Assembly (NCBI RefSeq): GCF_036919595.1
Contig: NZ_JBALCO010000016.1
Span: forward strand, 32,028-96,027
Direction: 5' to 3'
DNA length: 64,000 bases
DNA from: Nostoc sp.
GTDB lineage: Bacteria; Cyanobacteriota; Cyanobacteriia; Cyanobacteriales; Nostocaceae
The stretch's first letter is position 1, and every line of letters begins with the position of its first letter. Made by a program: the position numbers and the translations under genes. Under the pieces are notes generated by a model. The model did no database searches and had not been told where the DNA came from. It saw nothing but the letters and a program-made list of their open reading frames with translations. This document shows positions 1 through 9,164 of the stretch, piece by piece.

Positions 1-820
1 TCGTTTTCCCATGACCAGGGGACAGAGCGTGTAAACCACCCCATAAAAAGGCGATCGCTAAAGCTATTAGAATAGTCAAGAAATTATGATTTTCCTGAGT
101 AATCAGGCTAGTAAAGACATCGTTGCTTCTTCCTGTCAAAGCATTATCTAAGCGGCTGGATGATTTAACTTCCGGTGGAGGCGCTTGTTGACTAGATGTC
201 ACAGACGGATCGAGTTTAAACTCAATGCGACGCTGGTCGAGAGGACTGCTTAGTAAATTCGTGGGGTAATCTCTCAAGCGGTTGGTAATACTCAAAGAGG
301 TGAAATCACCTTGAATAGGAACGCCATCTGCAACCACAGTAATCTCACGCCAGCCCAAGCGCTGTGGATAAAACTGATCTTCAAATATTAACTGATTCGC
401 ACCTACTAACTCCGTTGTCCCATGAAAGTTACAACTCAGCCGCAGTGTAGATAATCCTCCTACACCTGGAGGAAATTCGACTGTTGATTTGATCAAAGAA
501 AGTGCTAGAGCCTGTTTATTGATCAACAGTTCCAGATGTGAGTTGACTTCCTGGCATTTTTGGTCAGGGTATTGAACCGTCTCTAGAGGTTCAGCTTTGC
601 GGTTGTGATTGGTATCTAACTGATTAATTTCTTGAAAAGTAGGAATTTCTGCCATGTCTAGAACATAATCAATCCCTACACCATCGGTTGCTACCTGCAC
701 TCCTGCGTAGTGATTGATGGTGAAATTGCCTAAAGGATGGGCATTTGCCCTCGGCATCCAAAAAAAACATATTGCGATAATTGCAGTACTCCAAGCCAAG
801 CAATACAGCAGCTTTTTCAT
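1..820 (-). CDS. High-affinity nickel/cobalt transporter (NiCoT/RcnA-like) with N-terminal exported domain; 3' end runs off the window
   Basis: Not in ORF track. Hand translation from ATG at 820: MKKLLYCLAWSTAIIAICFFWMPRANAHPLGNFTINHY...FLTILIALAIAFLWGGLHALSPGHGKT. Signal peptide, HPLGNF motif and the NiCoT/RcnA HAxxPGHGK motif; GGAG RBS upstream. Confidence 0.85.
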   Translation of the reverse strand, partial: MKKLLYCLAWSTAIIAICFFWMPRANAHPLGNFTINHYAGVQVATDGVGIDYVLDMAEIPTFQEINQLDTNHNRKAEPLETVQYPDQKCQEVNSHLELLINKQALALSLIKSTVEFPPGVGGLSTLRLSCNFHGTTELVGANQLIFEDQFYPQRLGWREITVVADGVPIQGDFTSLSITNRLRDYPTNLLSSPLDQRRIEFKLDPSVTSSQQAPPPEVKSSSRLDNALTGRSNDVFTSLITQENHNFLTILIALAIAFLWGGLHALSPGHGKT

Positions 821-838
821 AAAGAACTCCCTATAGCG

Positions 839-2239
839 TTAGGAGTGGGAGAGGTTATTTTGAGAGACAGAACGCGTTAAGTTTGCCAAGACTTGACGAG
901 CTTGATCAGCATACTTGTGATGAAATTGAGGATTGAGGCTAACAGCTTGAGTTAGTCGCTTTATTGCTGACTCACGGTTATTTAAGTGAAGCGCAATCAT
1001 GCCAGCATGGAATTGCAGCAAGGCATCCTCTGTCCCCAAGCGAGTTGCCCGTTGGGCTGCCCGTTGGGCTTCTTGCCATTGCCCATTAGCCGCAGCTGCC
1101 CAAGCCAAAGTATCCTCTGCATATACATCGTCTCGCACTGCTACTTCACTACGGGCAATCTCTAGTGCCTCTGTTAAATGAATTCCGTGTTCGGTGTAGT
1201 AGACAGCCAGAGCGCGATCATAGATTCCTTTAACCTTGCTCAGGTAAGCCACTACCCCGATCAAATCTTCAGTTTCAGTTGCACCTTTTTGGTCGAGAAG
1301 AGCTAGTTGAGCATCAGCCTTATACGAGAGCGTTTCCACCTGTGGCATCAGTTCTATACCCTGGTTTGCTGCATTCAGAGCATCTTGCCAGCGATGCTGG
1401 GCCGCATAGAGGCGGGCTAATCCTGTAAACGCAGCTATATGCCGTGGGAAGAGGTCAAGAGCTTCCCGATATCGCTGCTCAGACAGGGCTAAATCCCCGG
1501 CTGCAAAAGCAAGATCCCCAGTCCGCACATGAAACCAAGCACGAGTTTCTGCGCTCATCGTGTAGAAAGAATCCATTTCCTGCATAGCTTCATTTAACAG
1601 TTGCCGTGCCGATGCTTGATTGCCAGTTAACTCTAAGTAACGGGCGACAACTGCGTTCTGACCAAAGTTTGATTCTTTCTCAGGAAGGTTCTGCAATAAT
1701 TGATGAGCTGCTTCATAGTCGCCCAACTCCATCTGAATCGATGCCCTCAGTGAGACAATATTGGGATTATCAATAGATGAATTATTTAATACTTCTAAAG
1801 CTGACCGAAACTGGTGTTGAGATAGTAAAGCTGATGCTAGGAGCATGGAGGAAACCTGATTATGGCGCGGCTGTAGTGCCAGGGATCTACGTGCCGCTTG
1901 TTCTGCTCGTAACACATCGTCTATATCTGCCATTTCTCGAAAGCGCCTCAAATATTGATCAGCCAATAGACGTAAAAATATTGAGGAATTGGGAGATTGA
2001 GCAACTTTCTCCTCATAGACGCTGATAATATGCGATCGCTGTAAATAATCGGGGAAGACTAAATCTGACTGCTGAACTGGTAATATCTGCCTGGAATTAA
2101 CAGTCAGCAGTTGCACAAGAGAGGAGTATGTGCCTAACTTACCATTGGTGTAGCCTAAACTTAGCGCTTGTGTATCAGAGGGTCTTAGTAAAACCAGTAG
2201 GCTAGTTAGCGCTAACACCCATAGTATTCGTAGATGCAT
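839..2239 (-). CDS. Exported tetratricopeptide-repeat protein
   Basis: Signal peptide followed by repeated helical TPR-like units (e.g. GDLALSEQRYREALDLFPRHIAAFTGLARLY); 5 bp from the upstream gene. Confidence 0.85.
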   Translation of the reverse strand: MHLRILWVLALTSLLVLLRPSDTQALSLGYTNGKLGTYSSLVQLLTVNSRQILPVQQSDLVFPDYLQRSHIISVYEEKVAQSPNSSIFLRLLADQYLRRFREMADIDDVLRAEQAARRSLALQPRHNQVSSMLLASALLSQHQFRSALEVLNNSSIDNPNIVSLRASIQMELGDYEAAHQLLQNLPEKESNFGQNAVVARYLELTGNQASARQLLNEAMQEMDSFYTMSAETRAWFHVRTGDLAFAAGDLALSEQRYREALDLFPRHIAAFTGLARLYAAQHRWQDALNAANQGIELMPQVETLSYKADAQLALLDQKGATETEDLIGVVAYLSKVKGIYDRALAVYYTEHGIHLTEALEIARSEVAVRDDVYAEDTLAWAAAANGQWQEAQRAAQRATRLGTEDALLQFHAGMIALHLNNRESAIKRLTQAVSLNPQFHHKYADQARQVLANLTRSVSQNNLSHS

Positions 2240-2244
2240 AAACC

Positions 2245-3525
2245 TTACAAAGGATTACCTAAATAAGGGAAGGTAGGAAGAAAGTTGGCATCATTAGGCC
2301 CAACATTATCGCTAGTCAGCCCCGGAATTTCGCCTGTAGTAATCCCTGTAACTGCATTACCAAAGACAACAGATGCTGTGACATCGATTACGTCATCTTT
2401 TGGTCTTCTACCACCAAAATTGTTGCCTAACTGAGTACCAAAATAACTACCGTTAGGTTTGGAAAGGTCAGCTTGGATAACATCAGGAATCGCCACTGAG
2501 ATCACTGCATCAGCTATGCCTTGAGGTCTACCAATCGCATTCACAAAGGCTCGAATGAATTGGGATTGATTGCTAGCGTCTTGGGTTGGTGTCTGAATAT
2601 TACTATTATTATGAGCTTGAAAGTCCATAAAAAGTTCATTCAGGGCTGGAACTGCTAACCGCTCAATCTGAGCAAAATTCTGATTTCTGAATCTAGGAGT
2701 TTCAACACTAGTTGTTATCCAAACACCAATCTTGCCATTACCAAGCTCTTGCCTGGGTAGCTCGACAATAATTGAGTGGACATTGAATGGGGCTAGGGTG
2801 TCTTGTGCTTGTCCAGATGGTCTAAAGGAAAGAACTTGGAAGGGAGGACTGGGATTAGGCTGAAGGCTATAGTTCCGATCCGGGATGATTTTGAAGAACT
2901 GTTCCAAATCAAAAAAGAACGGGTCTTTCCGTGTGCCAACAAAGAACTTTGTGGGGTTAATGCCGTTGAAGGAGAATGTTTGGTTGAGTGGCACTGTCCT
3001 ACTTACTGGAAGTAAAGCTGACGTTGTTCCTACATTGATTGGAGAAGTTGGGCGGCTGACTGTGACAGTTTGGTTTGAGCCTGTGCCATTTATTTTGAAT
3101 TGAAGTACGATATCTTCAATACTGTCACCAGTGTTATCAATATTGAACTGATAAAGAACATTTGGATCGAATGGTCTCATTTCACCAGAAACAATCAGAG
3201 GGTCGAAATCCATTACAAGGACAACATTGTTGGGGTCTGCGGGACTTTCAAACACAAACAAATCTGTGAGATCCGCAGCAGTGAGCTTAGTGGCAAGAAA
3301 GGTTGTGTCCTGGTGGTCTGAAGCCAAAGCTTTAGGGGTTGCATAGATTAGAACTACGAGCAAAATAGCAACAGTTGCCATTAAGGCACGAAAAAAACGA
3401 GTAGCTCTAGTCCAATATAGCGATCGCTTGATCGGAAAAAATGCCATATTTTGCACTAGTTTCTCTATGCGTACCCAGCCTTTAATTGGTATAAAAGAGG
3501 TGATACTCCGAGCATTTATTTTCAT
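2245..3525 (-). CDS. DUF4331-family exported protein
   Basis: Signal peptide ending ALA-SDHQD, DLTDLFVF, RKDPFFFD, GRRPKDDVID and FPYLGNP motifs as recalled for DUF4331; strong AAGGAGG RBS. Confidence 0.8.
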   Translation of the reverse strand: MKINARSITSFIPIKGWVRIEKLVQNMAFFPIKRSLYWTRATRFFRALMATVAILLVVLIYATPKALASDHQDTTFLATKLTAADLTDLFVFESPADPNNVVLVMDFDPLIVSGEMRPFDPNVLYQFNIDNTGDSIEDIVLQFKINGTGSNQTVTVSRPTSPINVGTTSALLPVSRTVPLNQTFSFNGINPTKFFVGTRKDPFFFDLEQFFKIIPDRNYSLQPNPSPPFQVLSFRPSGQAQDTLAPFNVHSIIVELPRQELGNGKIGVWITTSVETPRFRNQNFAQIERLAVPALNELFMDFQAHNNSNIQTPTQDASNQSQFIRAFVNAIGRPQGIADAVISVAIPDVIQADLSKPNGSYFGTQLGNNFGGRRPKDDVIDVTASVVFGNAVTGITTGEIPGLTSDNVGPNDANFLPTFPYLGNPL

Positions 3526-3586
3526 AATTGCCCTCCTTGAGGTGTTTTGTATCTTCTATTGTATGTATATATTTACGTGAAAATAG

Positions 3587-3604
3587 CAAGTTGATAGCAA
3601 CTTG
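3587..3604. promoter_or_regulatory. 7-4-7 palindrome, possible operator of the DUF4331 operon
   Basis: CAAGTTG-ATAG-CAACTTG about 60 bp upstream of the start codon at 3525. Confidence 0.35.
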
Positions 3605-3666
3605 ATTCATATTTCAAAAAAGACTGCGGTTATTACCGAAGTGCCTCACAGCTTATTGGCTCCTAA

Positions 3667-3760
3667 TAGTACAGCGTTGCGGAAATAAACAACCCATTTC
3701 AAATCACCGAAACGTTTACGCCGTCTTTTTTTGACTTTTGGCTTCTGCTTTGCGGTACTA
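3667..3760. mobile_element. Small MITE with TA-bounded imperfect terminal inverted repeats
   Basis: Left TAGTACAGCGTTGCGGAA; right end reverse complement TAGTACCGCAAAGCAGAA; internal heptamer-like TTTTGAC/TTTTGGC units. Confidence 0.55.
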
Positions 3761-4350
3761 GTCACTTAACAGACCAAAAGTTGCTCACTTTTCTAGTTTA
3801 AAGTTTTAAGACTTATACAATGTATGTACTACGTAAATTTAGGTATTTCAGTTAGATTATTCCACCAGTCGCTATTTAGTAAGTCCGCATAGTACTTTTC
3901 TATTACATATAAGTATGTGATTGCGAATGAGACGTACTCCTACCGAGAAGCAAGCTACACCTTGGTCTCTAAGAGTTGCGATCGCAATGATTTCAGATAA
4001 TTTATATTTAGTTGCATAGTTAGGTTTATTCGTGCCTATCTACTTCCAGTCTCACTTCTTGATATTTTCTTATATGTTTTGAAGCAGGAGCCATTGACAG
4101 AGCGCTTCAGTGTTTCTCTTTTTGTTTGACAATGCTACCAAAGCCCCTCTCTGGAAAAATTTACAGACTTATTTAAGAGTTGAACCATCTGCCCATAGTT
4201 TTGTATTCCCAGACAATTAGCTAAAAAATAAATCCAAAGATAGATTGACAACACATTTGTTCGCCGGAAGTATCCTGCCTTCGTAGCAAACTAGTTATAA
4301 TTATTTTCCATCTCACTCAGAAATTAAATTATCATCTACACAGTATTTAT

Positions 4351-4545
4351 ATGGGACATGTTCGTTCTAAATCTGACCTACCGACAAAAATCTGTCCGGT
4401 ATGTCAACGTCCTTTCACATGGCGTAAAAAGTGGCAAGATTGCTGGGACGATGTGAAATACTGCTCAGAACGTTGTCGTCGTCGCCGTTCTCAAGCTCAA
4501 AATGAAACTAACCGCAACACAGACGCAAATAGCGCAAAGGATTAA
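4351..4545 (+). CDS. DUF2256-family small Cys-rich protein
   Basis: LPTKICPVCQRPFTWRKKW...VKYCSERCRR; stop overlaps the next start (TAATG). Confidence 0.85.
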   Translation: MGHVRSKSDLPTKICPVCQRPFTWRKKWQDCWDDVKYCSERCRRRRSQAQNETNRNTDANSAKD

Positions 4546-5498
4546 TGGAGTTACAGGTGCAACCTAAATTAATTATTCATGGCGGGGCTGGTAGTTCTCT
4601 CCACGGTAAAGAAGGATTGGAGGCGGTGCGCCGATCGCTCCATACAGTAATAGAATTCGTCTATTCTCTGCTATTGTCAGGAGCAACTGCCTCTGAGGCG
4701 GTGGTGCAGGGTTGCCAAATGCTCGAAGACAACCCCCGCTTTAATGCTGGTACTGGTTCAGTACTGCAATCTGATGGGCAAATCCGCATGAGTGCTTCGC
4801 TGATGGATGGGGCATCAGGGCGGTTTAGTGGTGTGATTAATATCTCGCGAGTGAAAAATCCGATTGAGTTGGCACAATTTTTACAAAACTCTCCAGACCG
4901 AGTGCTATCAGATTTCGGATCGGCTGAGTTGGCCCGGGAAATGCAACTTCCCAGCTATAACGCTTTAACTGATTTGCGGTTACAAGAGTGGATACAAGAG
5001 CGCCAAAATAATTTTAAAAGCACAATGGCTAACGTGGTAGCAGAACCGGAAATTTTAGAAACCAGCAATGCTGGACGCGGTACCATCGGCGTGGTAGCTT
5101 TAGATGCCTATGGTAGGCTAGCTGCTGGCACTTCTACAGGTGGTAAAGGTTTTGAGCGGATTGGAAGGGTAAGTGATTCTGCGATGCCAGCAGGAAATTA
5201 TGCTACTAAGAATGCTGGTGTTAGCTGTACTGGGATTGGCGAAGATATTATCGATGAGTGTTTAGCCCCACGGATTGTAGTGCGTGTTACTGATGGTATG
5301 TCCCTGAAGGAGGCCATGCAGCGATCCTTTGGGGAAGCCCACCAGAACAAGCGGGATTTGGGAGCGATCGCCTTAGATGTCAGTGGAGCGATCGCTTGGG
5401 GGAAAACCTGCGAAATCTTACTCGCCGCCTACCACGACGGCGAAAAAATTGGCGATACTTTGGAATGGACTGACAACGAACTGATCGGCTATTGTTGA
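4545..5498 (+). CDS. iaaA: Isoaspartyl peptidase / L-asparaginase (Ntn hydrolase; likely cyanophycin dipeptide hydrolysis)
   Basis: LIIHGGAG, LEDNPRFNAGTGS, autocleavage G-TIGVVALD, TSTGG, GRVSDS, TGIGE motifs. Confidence 0.9.
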   Translation: MELQVQPKLIIHGGAGSSLHGKEGLEAVRRSLHTVIEFVYSLLLSGATASEAVVQGCQMLEDNPRFNAGTGSVLQSDGQIRMSASLMDGASGRFSGVINISRVKNPIELAQFLQNSPDRVLSDFGSAELAREMQLPSYNALTDLRLQEWIQERQNNFKSTMANVVAEPEILETSNAGRGTIGVVALDAYGRLAAGTSTGGKGFERIGRVSDSAMPAGNYATKNAGVSCTGIGEDIIDECLAPRIVVRVTDGMSLKEAMQRSFGEAHQNKRDLGAIALDVSGAIAWGKTCEILLAAYHDGEKIGDTLEWTDNELIGYC

Positions 5499-6026
5499 AT
5501 CAGTTTTAGCGCTTTGGCTAAAGTTTGCCAGTCAACCATTGCGGCTAATTCTTGAGCTTTATAACGCCCTTTGCTGCGGAACGCTACGCGAACAAAAGCT
5601 TCTATCGCCGCTCTTTTCAGTGCCACTTGATATCCTTGTTGCAGAATATCGATTAATTTTGCTTGATTCAAGTAAAAACCACCGGATTTGCGGCGTTTGT
5701 TTATTTTGTTGATTTCACGCAACGTATTTTCTATCGAAACATCCCAAGAGCAAGTAGAACGTTTTTCAGCCTTTTGTTTAATTAAATAGATCAGAAAAAT
5801 CACATCATAACCAGGACTTACGCAAAATCATCATAAAACGAACCGCAAAGGACGCAAAGGACACAAAGGAATAAGAGTTTCAGAGAGTTCTTGCGTAAGT
5901 CCTGATAACTATCAATTTTTTTGTTTTGTCACTCAGGCTCATTTCTTCTAACTCATTCACCAACAGCAGCGCCTCATGGATTTTGCCTTGTTCTAGAAAT
6001 TGCCTAAGTTCTAACAGTTCTTCCAT
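5489..6026 (-). pseudogene. DUF29-like protein, disrupted
   Basis: MEELLELRQFLEQGKIHEALLLVNELEEMSLSDK from ATG 6026, one base out of frame at the A-run 5916-5927, MITE insertion 5812-5904, then IYLIKQKAEKRSTCSWDVSIEN... with a 21-nt in-frame insert. Confidence 0.75.
5812..5904. mobile_element. 93-bp MITE with 14-bp perfect TIRs and 5-bp target duplication
   Basis: CAGGACTTACGCAA (5812-5825) / TTGCGTAAGTCCTG (5891-5904), flanked by ATAAC at 5807-5811 and 5905-5909. Confidence 0.9.
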
Positions 6027-6137
6027 CTTATGTGTTGAGATTTTGGCTTAACTACTAATCTAGCTAGATTAGACATCTTGCAAAAATCCTGGTTTATTGT
6101 CTAAAACCACAGATAAACTGCGATTAACACCGATGAA

Positions 6138-7517
6138 TTATTTATGCTGATCTGTGGTTTCATTTTCAACACTTTTCCTTCGCCAAGCTGGTTTCACAAC
6201 CTGACGACTACGGGCAATCACTAGAGAATCATCAGGCACATCTTCTGTAACTGTAGAACCAGCTGCGACGTAGACATCATCTCCCAAGGTGAGTGGAGCC
6301 ACTAAAACGCTATTAGAACCCGTTTTCGTGCGATCGCCTATTTTGGTACGGTGTTTCTTTACGCCATCATAATTGGCAGTAATTGTACCAGCACCAATAT
6401 TCACTTGATTACCGACAACGCTATCACCTATATACGACAAATGTGCTGCATTCGTGCGATCGCCTAATTGCGTATTTTTCAATTCCACAAAATTCCCCAC
6501 CCGGCAACCAGCACCCACTTGTACCTGACCGCGCAAATGAGCATAGGGGCCAATTCGGCTTCCTGCCTGTACGGTGCTATCTGTTACTACTGAATATTGC
6601 ACCGTGACATTTTCACTCAACTGACTATTTTTAATTAAACTTCCCGGTCCAATGTGACTTCCTGTTTTAATCACCGTATTTCCCCGTAGGTGAGTTTGTG
6701 GTTCAATAATTACATCTGTCTGTAATTCTACTGTTTCATCAATGGTGATGCTTGTGGGGTCGATGAGGGTGACACCCGCCAGCATCCATTTTTCCTTGAC
6801 TCGTTTTTGCAAAATTTCAGATGCTGTTGCCAGCTGCAGGCGATCATTAATGCCAAGAATTTCTTGGTAATCTTCCACGTCCACTGCCATCACTTGTCCG
6901 ACCTGAGTCACAGCATCAGTGAGATAGTATTCTTTTTGGGCATTGTTTGTCTGTAGATGGGGCAGCACCTTTGCCAAATCTTGCCAGCCGAAGCAGTAAA
7001 CTCCAGCGTTAATCCGCTGATTTTGTCTTTGAGCAGCAGTACAATCCTTGTGTTCGACCATTTGCTGGACAATATTTTCATCGTTACAAAAAACTCGCCC
7101 GTAGCCCGTGGGGTCGAGTAGGTGCGATGTGAGAATAGTCGCGGCGTTTTGATTTCGGGTGTGAGTTTGTAACATCTGCTTGAGGGTTTCGCTGCGTATC
7201 AACGGTAAATCGCCGTTAAGTATCAGCAAATCCCCAGTGTAGTCTTCCAAGTGAGGAAGTAATTGCTGGATGGCATGACCTGTTCCCAGTTGCACACTCT
7301 GTTCGACAAACTCCAAGCTCTTAATTGAATGCATGGCGGCTTGCACTTCCTCGGACTGATACCCCACAATCACGATTCGCCGTGAGGGCGAAAGTGGTTC
7401 TACACTTTCGAGAACTCTCTCAACTAGCGATCGCCCACCCAAAGAATGTAAAACCTTAGGTAAGCGTGATTTCATCCGTGTGCCGCGTCCCGCCGCTAGA
7501 ACTGCTACAACTACCAT
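6138..7517 (-). CDS. glmU: Bifunctional UDP-N-acetylglucosamine pyrophosphorylase / glucosamine-1-phosphate N-acetyltransferase
   Basis: [24 protein letters not shown], hexapeptide repeats, NYDGVKKH. Confidence 0.97.
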   Translation of the reverse strand: MVVVAVLAAGRGTRMKSRLPKVLHSLGGRSLVERVLESVEPLSPSRRIVIVGYQSEEVQAAMHSIKSLEFVEQSVQLGTGHAIQQLLPHLEDYTGDLLILNGDLPLIRSETLKQMLQTHTRNQNAATILTSHLLDPTGYGRVFCNDENIVQQMVEHKDCTAAQRQNQRINAGVYCFGWQDLAKVLPHLQTNNAQKEYYLTDAVTQVGQVMAVDVEDYQEILGINDRLQLATASEILQKRVKEKWMLAGVTLIDPTSITIDETVELQTDVIIEPQTHLRGNTVIKTGSHIGPGSLIKNSQLSENVTVQYSVVTDSTVQAGSRIGPYAHLRGQVQVGAGCRVGNFVELKNTQLGDRTNAAHLSYIGDSVVGNQVNIGAGTITANYDGVKKHRTKIGDRTKTGSNSVLVAPLTLGDDVYVAAGSTVTEDVPDDSLVIARSRQVVKPAWRRKSVENETTDQHK

Positions 7518-7716
7518 AATTAGCTATCAGCTATCAGTGAAATTATGATTAATCCTGTTGGTACTTTAAGATTTAGCCTCAAATCATACCAGCAAATCAT
7601 AGAAGAGTAAAATATAAAAGGAGTCAAAAGAACTACTTTCGTAGAAGGCGGAGATTATAAGACCAATTCGCGCTCATTACAGCAGCTACAAATCATTATC
7701 CCTTACTCCCTACTCT

Positions 7717-8796
7717 CTACTCTTTTTCATGACCAGAGCTAATAAATTCGGCAAACTGCTGCATTAGTTTGGGATTACGCCAACCGGAATCAGCTTCTTC
7801 TTGCATCACTGAAAGTGCTTCTGCTGAAGTAAAAGCTCTTTTGTAAGGTCGTTTGCTGGTCAAAGCATCGTAAATATCAATTAACTGAAATACTTGCGCC
7901 AAGTAGGGAATATCATTTCCCTTGAGTCCATCACAGTAGCCTGAGCCATTCCAGCGTTCGTGGTGATGACGAATAATCGGAATTACACCCCGCATACTGC
8001 GTAGTGGCTGGCAGATTTTTTCCCCAATCAAAACGTGCTGCTGCATGATCTGCCAATCTTCAAGGGTGAGTTTGTCTTTTTTCAGCAGCACTGCATCGGG
8101 AATACCCACCTTGCCGATATCGTGGAGATAACCAGCCCACATCAAATCTCGAATTTGGTAGCGTGAGAGATTGAGGTATTCACCAAAAACTTGTCCCAAT
8201 TTCACCAAGCGTTCACAATGGTCGCCTGTATTGGGATCGCGACTTTCAATCGACATGGCAATGGAAAATAGTACTTGTTCAGCATGGTCCAAATCTTCGT
8301 TCAGACGCTTTTGCCGCACCAAAGACTTTACACGCGCCGCTAGTTCCACACGATCAAAGGGTTTGGTGAGAAAATCATCTGCCCCAACTTCAATTCCCCG
8401 AATGCGCGATCGCCTGTCATTTAACGCTGTAATAAAAATCACTGGAATTAGCCTGGTCTGCTCATCCTGTTTAAGCAATTGGCACACTTCAAATCCATCC
8501 ATTCCTGGCATCATCACATCCAGCAAAATTAAATCTGGTTGTTTTTGAGTTACCAATCCTACAACAATGTAACCACTGTCTGCCTCAATTACTTCGTATC
8601 CTTCCATCCCCAAAAGGGCAACAGCAGTCATCCGACTGGCGGCATGATCGTCAACGACTAAAACCTTTGGCGGATCTAAATCAAACCCATTCACTTTAGA
8701 ACCTTTGGCTTGTAGGCTTCTAGAGACCGATAAATCATCACCACAATTAACATCAGCTTTTATCCAAGAATACACCGCTTCGCTATCTTCAAGCAT
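7717..8796 (-). CDS. Response regulator receiver + HD-GYP (c-di-GMP phosphodiesterase-type) protein
   Basis: VLVVDD...LLDVMMPGMDG...DFLTKP receiver; HCERL, LHDIGK, HHERWNGSGYCDGL, DIYDALTSKRPYK. Confidence 0.9.
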   Translation of the reverse strand: MLEDSEAVYSWIKADVNCGDDLSVSRSLQAKGSKVNGFDLDPPKVLVVDDHAASRMTAVALLGMEGYEVIEADSGYIVVGLVTQKQPDLILLDVMMPGMDGFEVCQLLKQDEQTRLIPVIFITALNDRRSRIRGIEVGADDFLTKPFDRVELAARVKSLVRQKRLNEDLDHAEQVLFSIAMSIESRDPNTGDHCERLVKLGQVFGEYLNLSRYQIRDLMWAGYLHDIGKVGIPDAVLLKKDKLTLEDWQIMQQHVLIGEKICQPLRSMRGVIPIIRHHHERWNGSGYCDGLKGNDIPYLAQVFQLIDIYDALTSKRPYKRAFTSAEALSVMQEEADSGWRNPKLMQQFAEFISSGHEKE

Positions 8797-9128
8797 AAGG
8801 TCTTTTTTAGATAAGCTTATCAGGTTTTTTACGGGGATTTTTCAACATGGTAACGCCAGAAAGCATTGTAATTGCTTGCTTTATATCAAGATATCGGGTT
8901 TTGAGTTGGAAGCCTTGATAGTAACATTAAGCATATATGTTTATAGTTACTCAGTTCTAACAACACTCAAATACTCTTAAATCAGTATGTAAAATTAGAT
9001 ACTATCACAACTTTAATTTATTTGGCTCGGAAAAACTCGTTGCGTGAGTATCTGGAAAGGAAATCAGAATTATTGGAAAATATAGATAATTTGTCTGGAA
9101 TTAAGGACTGAGGATGAGGTCTGGAGTT

Positions 9129-9157
9129 GCCGCAGCTACGCCCGTCGTAGATATCGC
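9129..9157 (-). repeat. Diverged HIP1-splitting 21-nt repeat (SDR5-like)
   Basis: GCC + 21 nt (GCAGCTACGCCCGTCGTAGAT) + ATCGC; resembles the reverse complement of the copy at 62697. Confidence 0.55.
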
Positions 9158-9164
9158 TCCCTAA

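Noticed and set aside
3905-4045. Degenerate repeat (GATTGCGAAT...CGCAATGA with an SDR-like core)
   Set aside because: Too eroded to define ends or a target duplication.
3526-4350. Cobalamin or NiCo riboswitch upstream of the Ni/Co transporter operon
   Set aside because: No B12-box or NiCo junction motifs recognised on the minus strand; an Infernal scan would be decisive.
8797-8934. Possible N-terminal extension of the HD-GYP regulator from ATG 8934
   Set aside because: Two in-frame stops (8881-8883, 8842-8844); cannot show homology without alignment.
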